DNA of 64,000 bases from Macrostomum lignano (lineage: Eukaryota). Location: contig NIVC01001994.1 of the NCBI GenBank assembly GCA_002269645.1, forward strand, positions 1-64,000. Reading direction: 5' to 3'. The translations under genes and the position numbers were made by a program. Within the stretch, counting starts at the first letter, position 1. Every line of letters starts with the position of its first letter. This document shows, in pieces, positions 1 through 13,091 of this stretch. The notes below the pieces were generated by a model. That model ran no database searches. It worked only from the letters and a program-made list of their open reading frames with translations, and was not told where the DNA came from.

Positions 1-150
1 TAGTTTTTGCTTTTGACTCAGCTCCAGGTCGTAGTTTTTTACTTTGACCTCTGCTCCAGGTCGTAGTGTGGCTCTTGACCTCTGCTGCCAGGTCGTAGTT
101 TTGGCCTTTGACCCCTGCTCCAGGTCGCAGTTTTGGCCTTTGACCCTGCT
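1..150. repeat. Degenerate ~31-bp tandem repeat (CTCCAGGTCGTAGTTTTGGCCTTTGACCCCTG-like), truncated by the window edge
   Basis: About 4-5 copies of the core ccaggtcgtagt...tttgacc visible at the window start. Confidence 0.8.
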
Positions 151-866
151 AAAAGCAGTTAGGAGCTGCTGTATATTCTGGCAATCCATCGGAGTGCTAT
201 TTGAGCAAGACGTTTTGCATTACACGAACGCACTTATTTTTGCAAGTACCCTTTAGATAAATTTCTCGCAAATCGTTCAGTTATCACGCGCCCTCTCTCA
301 AATCTACATGGTGAAGTGAACTGGGGTCTTGTGTAGCTCACATAAACACACGCATGCATAGCCTTGCTTTCTACATCATAGCTAGAATGTACACCCTTAA
401 ATCTGTACCGTATTGTGAGCTACAACGAGCACAGCTGTGCAGCAAAGTTGAGTTCCAGTGTTCCAGTCGTTTTGTTTGCATCCGAAATTCCTACTTACTG
501 AGCAATAGAGAGAGAGGAGGGAGAGAGGCGAAGCCAGAAAAGATGTCTGGCTGACATTGTCAATATTGTTGCTCTGTTCGAAAGGAAGAGAGAGCTCAAA
601 GATAGAAAGGACAGTCTGCAAGCCGCAGTGTCTGGCGCGTGCGTCTTGTGGCACTTGCAGAAAATGAGATTATTTAATAAGAGATGAGCCTGGAACAGGC
701 GGAGGGGTTGCAGAGCAAGAGAGAGAAAAGCTACATGGGAAATTCTGAAGGCATAATTCAATACGCTAAACTGTAAAGCTGTCTAGGAAGTCGGCATCAA
801 CGATGAGTGAGTACTGTCTAACTTGGGATCTTATGGACCCGTGCCTAAATAATTCGGTACAAAAGG

Positions 867-1547
<681 letters not shown>

Positions 1548-1876
1548 CATGTGTATGCTGTTGTCCCACAAGTACTCCCAATTCTTTGACCATTTAACTA
1601 TTCGAGCGCTATCCAACTCCGCTCCACTCGTTTCCGATTGCTCTCCGGAAAATACTAAACTGTTGCCGAACGCGGAGCGCTTATACATTGAAAAATCGAT
1701 GTTTGAAAAAAGTGTGAGCACTGAAGTAAAAACAATTTTATATACTTTATTAAGCTTCCTAGCTAGTATTTATTCTGTTTCCGCTTTGGACAGGGTGGTT
1801 AGATGTTACTCGCAAGTGAGGAGATATACATGTACAGCTTAGGGACTAAACTAGAGCGAGGGACTGCATGCTAGTC

Positions 1877-1976
1877 ATGTCTGACTGGAATTACGACTAT
1901 GATAGCTATGACAGCTACTCAGAGCTGCCACTGGAGGGCCAGTGCATTGTTCTGGATGGCTATCATTGTTCGGCAT
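1877..1976 (+). CDS. Candidate upstream first coding exon (MSDWNYDYDSYDSYSELPLEGQCIVLDGYHCSA), possibly of the synaptotagmin gene
   Basis: ATG at 1877, open for 33 codons +1 nt, then a strong donor GTGAGT at 1977. Linkage to the downstream exons is not proven. Confidence 0.35.
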
Positions 1977-2122
1977 GTGAGTTCACCAGCTTTCCTTTTT
2001 TGGACGTCAGTGTGTTGTAGAACGTGAAACCGGCTTTGAGTTTTGGTATCGTTGATTATTCAATTGGTAGCTTTATTACAACATTAATTAGTAGATTAAT
2101 GTTGGTAGATTATACACCTGGT

Positions 2123-2557
2123 TTCATGTTTGTCATAAGCTTCACCTGTTGATGTTGGTCATGAGCTTAATGTTGGTCATAAGCTTCATGTTGGTCATGA
2201 GCTTCATGTTGGTCATAAGCTTAATTTTAGTCATAAGCTTAACGTTGGTCATGAGCTTCATGTTGGTCATAAACTTAACGTTGGTCATGAGCTTCATGTT
2301 AGTCATGAGCTTCATGTCGGTTATAAGCTTAATGTTGGTCATGAGCTTTATGTTGATCATAAGCTTCATGTTGGTCATGAGCTTCATGTTGGTCATAAGC
2401 TTCATGTTGGTCATAAGCTTCATGTTGGTTATTAGATTCATGTTGGTCATAAGCTTCATGTTGGTCATAAGCTTCGTGTTGGTTATTAGCTTCATGTTGG
2501 TCATAAGCTTCATGCTGGTCATAGGCTTCATATTGGTCATGAGCTAACATGGGTCAT
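2123..2557. repeat. 18-bp minisatellite (ATGTTGGTCATAAGCTTC)n
   Basis: About 24 degenerate copies; explains the MKLMTN / MLVISF ORFs. Confidence 0.97.
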
Positions 2558-3161
2558 AAACGGATGATACGCAATCGCTTCGACATCGTTAAATGAATTT
2601 CTGTTTGCACTCGCAATGCTTTAACAGATGCATTTAAGATCGCAGTCTGACAGAATTCAATGAACAGCTTCACATATTTTCACAAAGCGAATTGCGCCTA
2701 TTTTCCGGGAAAGCAGATTATCACGCGAACGTGCCTGTGCACTTTTTAGTCAGTAGGCTGTTTTTCTGGCATTCCGCTAAGGGCATCGATGGCAGCAATG
2801 CATCCGCGCTATGCTCAGCCAGCTAAGTGTATTCCCAGTGCTCAACTGTCTCTCCTTCTCCTTCTGCTCCGAGCAAATGCTCACCTTACCAAGGGCTCTC
2901 GCTTCTCCTCCCCTCTCCTCTCTGTTTTCTCCCTTCGGAGTGGCAGTGCCCTGGAACCAATCGCTTGAGCCTAATGCGGCCTCTAATTTAGCCACCGAAA
3001 GCTGCATGCGTGATTATTATCTGACATGCACTACTGCCGACTGAAATCGTTTCCAAGACGCAGATAGGCAGGATAACGCTCCCCACGGTATATGCAGTTG
3101 AATATTTGCCGGAAGGTAGCCGAGCAGTGGTGATGTAGCCAGCGACCAGGAAGTCAATTCG

Positions 3162-4789
3162 ATGGCTGTTTATGGCAGCTCGCTGCCCACCAGCCTGCGA
3201 GCCCTGATCTCTTGTTGCTACGGCGATCGGGACGCCAGCGAAGTCGGTGGCTTTACGGCCGTTGGAAAAAACTGGCACCCGCTGACCCCGTCTGGTTGGC
3301 GAGAGCTGCGCCGACAACGACCGCCAAGGACGCGGCGGCGATGCCGCAGCAGCAGCGGCGGCGCTTTTGGCAGCGGCAGCGACGGAGGCGTCAGCGACGA
3401 CGAACTGTCGATGAGCAGCTGTGATGGCGGCGGCTGCGGTGAGGGAAAGTTTCCATTGACCACCGGATTTGAGATCAAACGTTCTGATGGTCAGTGGTCG
3501 TATTAGACCGCTGGCTACAGGTCGACTGTTGTTGTTTTGGACTTTTGGATGTGTCCAAAGACCTTAAGTGATCCAACTCATAAGCTAATATACCTACGAC
3601 CCTATTTACTCTGGCAGCTTGTACTTCGAAGTATTTCAGACGGCAGTCTGCGACGAGTGGAGCAAATTAAGCGGAAAGCTACTCACTCAGTGGCAGGGCG
3701 CTGGGACACTCGAACCTCGAGAAATCCCCCCGACTACTCATTACCTTCCTAACGCTTAATTAAGTGACGAGCCCAGAAATGCTGAAAAAATACTAAAGAG
3801 GGGCAAGAAGCAGAGGAGCAGACTGTCGAGAGTCGCATTGATAGGCATGGCAGTCAGAATGTACGGCTATACAATGACCTATTGCACCGTCATAATATTT
3901 TCAAAGCGCATATAGAAGTTATGATTCTAATTTCTCCGCATTTAAGAACAATCGAATAGCACCCTATACCCAGACTGTTTAGCTGCCAGTGCCAATTGCT
4001 AGGTGTCAAGTCACGCGGGCTCATCGCATGCCCCCCTACCAATCTTGCAGGTGCCGCGGCTGCGGCAGCCGCTGCCGAGGATGCCGAGAGTCAGGACGGC
4101 GGATCTGGCGGCTTATTCGACTCCGTGGACGCCGACCGTACCCGGCGTCGACGCTCAAAGCCGACCGGTTCGGTTGCCGCGGCGTCGTCGAGTGCGTCGC
4201 CGTCGCCAGGCTCTGAGCAGCAGAGACGGCTGAGACAGCTGCGGAGGTACTGAATGAGCGTCTGAGATTAGCGATTGTTGAAATGAACTTGAGATTAGCT
4301 ATATGTAGGATATAGATATATAGATTAATGATCCAGTGCTATCAGAACTTAAAACTACTACCTCGGGGCTAATTTATCTGTTTATCTAATTTATCTAAAA
4401 CATAATTTATCTGTAATACATTTCACTGATGGCGTTCGTGAATAACTTCCACACTACAGACAACAGCAGCTAGCGGGAGCCTCAGCCACACCAACTACTA
4501 GTCCCTCGTCACGTCGCTCCGCCGCCGGTGCCTCATCGCGTCTGTCGGCCACGGACGAAGAAGCCGCCTCCGGTCTCGGCGGCAGCCCGCGCTCAACCGC
4601 CAGGACACAGCAACGGCAGCCGAAGTCGCCGCTATCGACGCGGTCGAACGCGAGCGCCAATAAAAGCGCTGGTCGTCGCAGCGGCGGCGCTGGCCGATCT
4701 GGCGGCGGCAGCATCATTGAATCGATGCCGACACCGTCACAGGTGTCCGAACACCATAGTCATTCTCGACGTTCTGCAGAAGCTGCGGC

Positions 4790-4820
<31 letters not shown>

Positions 4821-7800
4821 GCGGCGGCAGCAGCGGAGGCGACTGATGTAGCTGACCCAATGCTAGGCGCTGATTTTCAAAGCCGTCAATTAGCCGACGG
4901 TCTGCAAATCGAAGACTTCACCGACGGACCCCTGGACGAAAGCATCCTAGAAGCCTACGGAGTTGTTCGGGGCGGTCAGGAAGTGAGGAAACAGACATTT
5001 TTTCTGTTACATACAGACGTTAATTTCAGAGGAAGTCTTTATTTACAATAAGTTTGTGTAAGAAGAGCACCACCTCCTGTGCTGACTTCTGACCACATAC
5101 AAGCACGCAGATACTGTACGCAGGCATACACACACAGGTGCACAGTGGTCCTGACTTTCTAATCGAAAAGTATGTACACTCTCTGTGCCTTGGGGCTGGC
5201 CTGATCATGGGTGTTGAATCGCACGCCAACCCCAACAGACTAGCTTATTGTGCATACAAGCCCCTAATGAATGTAGCGGCCTGAATGAACGGAATTCAAC
5301 CCGCGGGTCTGAGCTGCTCTGCCCATCCTACTCTGCAGGAAGTCAAAGGCCCAGTAGAGAAGGTCAGCAAAGTTCGCAAACTCGGAACGCTGGAGTCGTC
5401 TGTTAAATACGACAGCTCCCAGAAAATTGTAACCGTGAAGATCATCCAGACTCACGAGCTTCCCCGACCGGGCACGTACGACTTTGGCGGCAAGCTGGGT
5501 ACGAACCTGAAGTGGAACTCCATCCAAGTGACGCTCGCTCTGCTGCCGGAGAAAAAGCAGAGAAACAAGACAACGATTGCCAAGGGAGACAATCCGCAGT
5601 TTGATGAGACTTTCATGTTCACCAACATCTCTTCGGGTAAAGTTGAATATTGACTTTTGATAGTGCGGTCTTGTCTTGATTTTCATCATTGATTTTTCTT
5701 AGTGTCTTAGTAAGCATTTGACCATTTCCACCGGGTTTAAAATGGCTACTCATAGTTGTTCGGCCGTGTCAGAAACTTGCCGTTCAGTAATTTACTTTGA
5801 ATAAACTTCGCTTGTAGTTACTGAGGAGCTCAGCCGCAAAGAGCTTAGTCCTTGGGAAGCTTCATCCTTTGTCCAGGAGGAGCTTAATCCTTAGTTACGT
5901 TTGTTAAAATTCGTACGAGGTGTATATGAAGTATACGAGTTGTGTAATACACGAGGTGTGGACTACAAAAAACGGAGTTCGACTAAAACTTATCTACAGT
6001 AGTGTAAGTCTTCTTAAAGCATAGCTTCCCAGCTTTCATATGAGGCAGACTAAAGTCCAAGCATCTATGTTTTCATAATTTTTTAAATCATTAGTTGGGA
6101 GGTCGAAGTGCAAAGTGCTTTGAGAGGCTGATGTTGAGGAAGCGCGGCGTGTTCGATGTGAACAATTGGAGAACGATGCATGCTGGCTGCATCGTGATAG
6201 TGCCACAGTGCAAAAGGCGATTCCAGTGAAGCAGATTTTGCTAAAGTCAGGTTGCAGCAGAGTTGGGACCTCGTGTTGCTCACCCAATATTGGCACCGTG
6301 CGGTTTTTTGGCTCTTCTCCAAGGTGAAACAAGTCCTCAAATGAACAAGATTTGAAGACTTAGAGTCCATCAATCAGAGAATTACACGGGTGCTTGCTAA
6401 TACGAGCTAAGCAGCATCACAAAGGAAGGCTTCCAGAGTTGAATCATTAGCTGACACCAACGATTGAAATTTTTGAAATTTAAAGCAAGTTCTTGTTTCT
6501 TTTTAATGACACTTTTCGCAGCATTAACTTCTGTGGCTCATACTCTAGCAGGTTTTCCAATATAAAATCACAAATATAAGACTAAATTATTAATTACCTG
6601 ACCCATCGGATTTGCAGTGGAATTCGGTCGACTTGGCATCCGTTTTCGCGCCTACGGCTGTCAGCACAAGCGTCGCAAACTGCTCATGGCTGAGAACATT
6701 CTGGCGCTGGCGTCGTTGGCGTCGCCGAAGAACGAGACAATTCTTCATCTGCCATTGGAGCTTCGGGCTGGAGACTATGCTAGACGGGTGAGGCATCCCA
6801 GCTGGTTGTTTGTACTAAAGTCGAATTTTGTTTCAGGCGCAAAGCGTAGCATCAAGGTGTGGAAATACCCGTTCCGACATGCTGCCACCTCTTGACATGC
6901 GCTCTATGATGTAGTTTAGAGTCCACCGACTAAAGTTGGGTCAAAAAAACTTTTACATCAAGTCGTGAGTCTCTTTGATGTATCATTTGATACCAGCACC
7001 AAGTCACAAAGTAGTGCATAACATTAAACAATTTAAGTAGCCACCTAGAAAAGTTCCTATCCTCAGAGGTGAACACTTCAAACTCGATACCGAGGACTTT
7101 CTTTCGCTTTTACCATGTTTGGTTTCACAAATGTTTTCCGTGCAATGGTGCAAGATGGAGTCTCATTGCCGATTGCTTCCATTCATCCTCACAGGGTTCT
7201 GAAGATGCCAAAGATGACGCTGACGAGTTGCAAGTGGACGGTTGGACGTCGTTAGGAGTCACCGGATTTCCGGAATTATTTGTTGGCATAACGTACAACG
7301 CCTCAACTGGTCAGCTAGCTACCGAGATTATCAAGGGCAGCTCGTTTAAGCTTCCTGGAATGTCCAGAACACCTGGTGAGTACGAATTTAAGATTCATTA
7401 ATTTCGAATAACATGACTACTTTTGATTAACAAAAGATGCCTCATCATTTAAAACAATACAACTCATACTTTACTTCAGAAACGTACGTTAAAATATCTC
7501 TAATGGCGTCGAATGGTCACGTGCTATTCAAATCGAAGACAACTTCATCTGAGGGCACTCAGAACCCGATGTGGAAGGAGAACTTTGTATTTCCAGTCAA
7601 CAAATTTCAGCTTACTGACATGACCATTATGGTGGCCGTGTACGCTAAAAAGACTATGAATAGACGAGAAATCATTGGTTGGTTCTCTATCGGTAAGTTG
7701 AAGTGATTTTTTATGTAGATTATCACTAAATATAGATATTTAGAACTGTCACCAAAGTAACCCATCATCAAAGCGACCCGTCACCAAAGTGACCCGTCAC

Positions 7801-8232
7801 CAAAATGACCCGTCACCAAAGTGACCCGTCACCAAAATGACCCGTCACCAAAATGACCCGTCACCAAAATGACCCGTCACCAAAATGACCCGTCACCAAA
7901 GTGACCCGTCACCAAAGTGACCCGTCACCAAAGTGACCCGTCACCAAAATGACCCGTCACCAAAGTGACCCGTCACCAAAGTGACCCGTCACCAAAGTGA
8001 CCTGTCACCAAAATGACCCGTCACCAAAGTGACCCGTCACCAAAATGTCACCAAAATGACTCGCACTTGACGTCAACCAACTGCACTGTTACAATGTATC
8101 CTACTTTCGTTCCAAAAAGGCTGCAACAACAGCGGAGAAGAGGAGCTGGCCCATTGGCAGGACATGAAAGACGCTCACGGCGAGCCGGTCCGTCGCTGGC
8201 ATCGGCTTCTACAGACTGACCTGAAATCCTAA
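3162..8232 (+). CDS. SYT14/SYT16-like: Synaptotagmin-14/16-like tandem C2-domain protein; exons 3162-3489, 4051-4246, 4460-4982, 5339-5636, 6618-6787, 7195-7375, 7480-7692, 8120-8232 (5' end uncertain)
   Basis: All introns GT-AG with consistent phases (673 aa from 3162). C2A motifs LGTLESSVKYD and QVTLALLPEKKQRNKT; C2B motifs PELFVGITYNASTGQLATEIIKG, TYVKISL, NPMWKENFVF and EIIGWFSIG; C-terminus NNSGEEELAHWQDMKDAHGEPVRRWHRLL. These match SYT14/16 as I recall them. Confidence 0.93.
7748..8060. repeat. 16-bp minisatellite (GTCACCAAARTGACCC)n in the last intron of the SYT gene
   Basis: About 19 copies directly visible. Confidence 0.97.
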
Positions 8233-9040
8233 ACGAAGTACAATATTATTCAAAGAAACTCTTTTGTGGAACAAGGGAAATAATTACTGGCATCTTTCGC
8301 CGTGTTCAACTGCAGCAATCGGTGCTCACCGGACGCGCACCCTCCTGTTCAGGAGACCTCGTTAACACTCTCTTTTCTTTTCCCGAAGCCGCTCTGTATT
8401 ATTACTCAAATTTTTATTATGATTACGTAATATTTTAATGCTATAATCTCTGATTGTCATGCATGTATTCGTTTTGGGTGAATATTTTTCCAAAGCTGTT
8501 ATAATTTGGCTTGAAGCCGACAGTTCATTGTGGTATTATGCTGATTGCCAATCTAATTTAACCTTCTTAAATTATTCCTCATTGGCACTGCAACACAGTT
8601 GCCGGCAGTAAATGTCAGAGTTAAATTGTTTGTTCGACTGTATCAACGGTTAAAATATAAATTTATCTATCCACGAAAAATATTTATTTACATTGTCATA
8701 TGCGAAGACTAAAACGATAATATTTATGATTGTAAACAGTTCCGCCTGGCTCAAAGAAATTATCTAAGAAGACTAGAAGCGTTTTATAAATGGAAAAAAT
8801 TATTATCGTGGATAATGAACTTCATACTCGCGCAGTAGAGTCAACTGCATATGCATTAAGATTTAAACAAAATTCAAATTGACAGAAAGCCAATACTTTT
8901 AGTTAAACTACCGCACTAGTAACATTAATAATTGATTACATCTGCCCAATGGCCAGATGTGCAACCGACAGCTCAGCCGAAGCTATTGCGCGGCGCATCT
9001 GAAGGCTGCGTACGGCTGTTCAGTCTAAGGAGTGGAGGGG

Positions 9041-9204
9041 AGCTAATGCTGGCACCCATTTTACAGGTGAGTGAATTGAAGCAATGCAGAGTTAAGTGTC
9101 TTGCTCAATGACACAAATTGTTCCAAGTGGGATCGGGAATCGAACCCCCAACTATTCAGTCGTGAGTCGGGCGCTCTAACCACTAGGCTACAACTCCCTA
9201 CACT
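9041..9204 (-). mobile_element. tRNA-derived CORE-type SINE, copy 1
   Basis: Minus strand shows A-box TAGCCTAGTGGTTAG and B-box GGTTCGATTCC, then TGAGCAAGACACTTAAC...CTGTAAAATGGG, which resembles the MIR/CORE domain. A second copy lies at 48546-48709. Confidence 0.85.
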
Positions 9205-9292
9205 AGATCATACAAAATAAGAACTAGCACTTTTACTGCAAGTAGAAAGATGCGATTTTTAAAAGTAAATTTCAAGAGAAACATTAAATTAA

Positions 9293-12200
9293 CAGTAGAA
9301 CTACCAAGGGGGGGGGGGGAAAATTTCCCCCCCCCTGACAATTTTTTTTGCTGCGCCGGAACGGAGCAACGCAGACACACAAAATTCAAGAACACGGGCT
9401 AACTTTTTGTTGCGCACCTTCTCAAACAAGAATCAAGTCGCCAGCCCTCCGGACCGTCGAGATATTCGACGATTCTGCCAGAAGGTCGGATTTTTCCCAT
9501 AAGCGCTAGTGTATTCAGTACACCCCTGTGCGCCAATCAGCACTGCGCCTCAGTGCAGCCTTGCCAAGTCTCCAAATTTCATCAGCACGTCGACCACATG
9601 TGTCTGCATCAGCTCTGACTTCGTTGGTCACTAGCCTTCACCCAGGCGGAGCTTCTGGACCTTCAACAGGTGGCACCAAGTGACTATGGACACTCTGATA
9701 CGAATTTCTCGAGTTTCGCTGATCAAGCCTCGACAGTGGGCATACCTCAACTGCTAGGTATCCTCAGCTAGTCTCTCGAGCCTTCCATCATCACCCCGAC
9801 GCCGTCGGCACCTTCAACGGATTACACCAGGTGACTATGAACACCCTGATGCAAATTTCTCTAGTTTCGCTGATCAAGCCTTGCCAATGGGCAAGCCTCA
9901 ACCGCGAAACATCTTCAGCTAGTCTCTCAAGCATTCAGTCATCACCCCGACGCCGTCGGCACCTTCAACAGATGACACCAGGCGACTATGAACTTTGATG
10001 CGAATTTCTCTAGTTTCGCTGATCAAGCCTCGACAGTGAGCAAGCCTCAACTTCTGGACACCCTCAGCTAGTCTCTCAAGCATTCCGTCATCATCCCGAC
10101 GCCGTCGGCACCTTCAACAGGTGGCACCAGGTGACTATGAACACCTTGATGCGAACTTCTCGAGTTTCACCGATCAAGCCTCGACAGTAGGCAAGCCTCA
10201 ACTGCCGGACACCCTCAGCTAGTCTCTCAAGCATTCCGTCATCATCCCGACGCCGTCGGCACCTTCAACAGGTGGCACCAGGTGACTATGAACACCTTGA
10301 TGCGAACTTCTCGAGTTTCACCGATCAAGCCTCGACAGTAGGCAAGCCTCAACTGCCGGATACCCTCAGCTAGTCTCTCAAGCATTCAGTCATCACTCGG
10401 ACGCCGTCGGCACCTTCAACAGATGACACCAGGTGACTATGAACACCTTGATGCGAACTTCTCGAGTTTCACCGATCAAGCCTCGACAGTAGGCAAGCCT
10501 CAACTGCCGGATACCCTCAGCTAGTCTCTCAAGCATTCCGTCATCATCCCGACGCCGTCGGCACCTTCAACAGGTGGCACCAGGTGACTATGAACACCTT
10601 GATGCGAACTTCTCGAGTGAAGTGACGGTTCATTGGTTTGCTAGCATGGGTAACTGTGTGCGGTTTTTTGCTTAACTTTATTCTGCTAACTCAGTCACTT
10701 TGCAATTCAGTGCAATTCAGTGTACATCGTTGCTCTAGCCTTGCCTCGCCCCTTAAGTCCCTCCACTTGCTCAATCATGCAGTGCATCAATATAGTTCAA
10801 TACTCCACTTCAATATTTTCAATAGTCGCAATATTTAAACCATTGCTCTCGATCTGTGTCTCGTCAAGCAACTTAGACTATTCTACTACTGCAAATATAT
10901 CGCAAGAATTTATACTCGTTCAAACAACATTCGATTCCTGACTTTCGCGTCACGTCATCGAGTTTCACCGATCAAGCCTCGACAGTGGGCAAGCCTCAAC
11001 TGCTGGACATCCTCAGCTAGTCTCTCAAGCATTCCGTCATCATCCGGACGCCGTCGGCTCTTTCAACAGATGACACCAGGGGAGTAAGGACACCTGAGCG
11101 TGATTTTTCATCATGCTCTTAACATTTCTGAAGCTCTCAAAATTTTTCAAGCACGGACATTGCTATAGTTCAGCTTGAACTCATGTTGCTGTATATTTAT
11201 ATTATTATTACACATACTTTTATGCATACGAGCTACATACATATTTTATTCGAAAAGCTGTTTAGTTTATTCAGCTATAATATTGAACCCAATGCAGAAA
11301 GGGTTATGCTTTTAAAAAGCCAGTAAATTCAGTCGGTTTTTTCATTTTTTAATGATTCAGAAATGTTAAGAGCATGATGAAAAATCACGCTCACGTGTCA
11401 TTACTCCCCTGGTGCCACCTGTTGAAGGTGCCGACGGCGTCGGGGTGATGACGGAATGCTTGACTGACTAGCTGAGGATGTCCGGCAGTTGAGGCTTGCC
11501 TACTGTCGAGGCTTGATCGGTGAAACTCGAGAAGTTCGCATCAAGGTGTTCATAGTCACCTGGTGCCACCTGTTGAAGGTGCCGACGGCGTCGGGGTGAT
11601 GACTGAATGCTTGAGAGACTAGCTGAAGATGTTTCGCGGTTGAGGCTTGCCCATTGGCAAGGCTTGATCAGCGAAACTAGAGAAATTTGCATCAGGGTGT
11701 TCATAGTCACCTGGTGTAATCCGTTGAAGGTGCCGACGGCGTCGGGATGATGACGGAATGCTTGAGAGACTAGCTGAGGGTATCCGGCAGTTGAGGCTTG
11801 CCTACTGTCGAGGCTTGATCGGTGAAACTCGAGAAGTTCGCATCAAGGTGTTCATAGTCACCTGGTGTCATCTGTTGAAGGTGCCGACGGCGTCCGAGTG
11901 ATGACTGAATGCTTGAGAGACTAGCTGAGGGTATCCGGCAGTTGAGGCTTGCCTACTGTCGAGGCTTGATCGGTGAAACTCGAGAAGTTCGCATCAAGGT
12001 GTTCATAGTCACCTGGTGCCACCTGTTGAAGGTGCCGACGGCGTCGGGATGATGACGGAATGCTTGAGAGACTAGCTGAGGGTGTCCGGCAGTTGAGGCT
12101 TGCCTACTGTCGAGGCTTGATCGGTGAAACTCGAGAAGTTCGCATCAAGGTGTTCATAGTCACCTGGTGCCACCTGTTGAAGGTGCCGACGGCGTCGGGA

Positions 12201-13028
12201 TGATGACGGAATGCTTGAGAGACTAGCTGAGGGTGTCCAGAAGTTGAGGCTTGCTCACTGTCGAGGCTTGATCAGCGAAACTAGAGAAATTCGCATCAAA
12301 GTTCATAGTCGCCTGGTGTCATCTGTTGAAGGTGCCGACGGCGTCGGGGTGATGACTGAATGCTTGAGAGACTAGCTGAAGATGTTTCGCGGTTGAGGCT
12401 TGCCCATTGGCAAGGCTTGATCAGCGAAACTAGAGAAATTTGCATCAGGGTGTTCATAGTCACCTGGTGTAATCCGTTGAAGGTGCCGACGGCGTCGGGG
12501 TGATGATGGAAGGCTCGAGAGACTAGCTGAGGATACCTAGCAGTTGAGGTATGCCCACTGTCGAGGCTTGATCAGCGAAACTCGAGAAATTCGTATCAGA
12601 GTGTCCATAGTCACTTGGTGCCACCTGTTGAAGGTCCAGAAGCTCCGCCTGGGTGAAGGCTAGTGACCAACGAAGTCAGAGCTGATGCAGACACATGTGG
12701 TCGACGTGCTGATGAAATTTGGAGACTTGGCAAGGCTGCACTGAGGCGCAGTGCTGATTGGCGCACAGGGGTGTACTGAATACACTAGCGCTTATGGGAA
12801 AAATCCGACCTTCTGGCAGAATCGTCGAATATCTCGACGGTCCGGAGGGCTGGCGACTTGATTCTTGTTTGAGAAGGTGCGCAACAAAAAGTTAGCCCGT
12901 GTTCTTGAATTTTGTGTGTCTGCGTTGCTCCGTTCCGGCGCAGCAAAAAAAATTGTCAGGGGGGGGAAATTTTTCCCCCCCCCCCTTGGTAGTTCGACGG
13001 GCGGAAAAATGGCTTGGTATTCCTACTG
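9293..13028. mobile_element. Foldback-type element (3736 bp) with very long modular inverted arms (9293-11132 and 11356-13028), internal 151-bp subrepeats and TTAA flanks
   Basis: The right arm is the reverse complement of the left arm. Termini are CAGTAG...CTACTG, with TTAA at 9289-9292 and 13029-13032. Subrepeat period is 151 (gcacc at 10108, 10259, 10410, 10561). The central spacer 11133-11355 is AT-rich; no transposase ORF is seen. Confidence 0.9.
10618..10957. mobile_element. Solo LTR (340 bp) inserted in the foldback left arm
   Basis: TG...CA ends with imperfect inverted repeat TGAAGTGACG / CGTCACGTCA. 5-bp TSD TCGAG at 10613-10617 and 10958-10962. Absent from the mirrored right arm. 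Confidence 0.8.
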
Positions 13029-13091
13029 TTAATACAACTATTATCACAGAAGTCAACTCATGAGGTCTCATAGTCTGCATTTCGACAGAGC

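Noticed and set aside
9140-9204. tRNA gene (also 48640-48709)
   Set aside because: No complete cloverleaf or acceptor stem, and it continues into a CORE domain; it is a SINE head.
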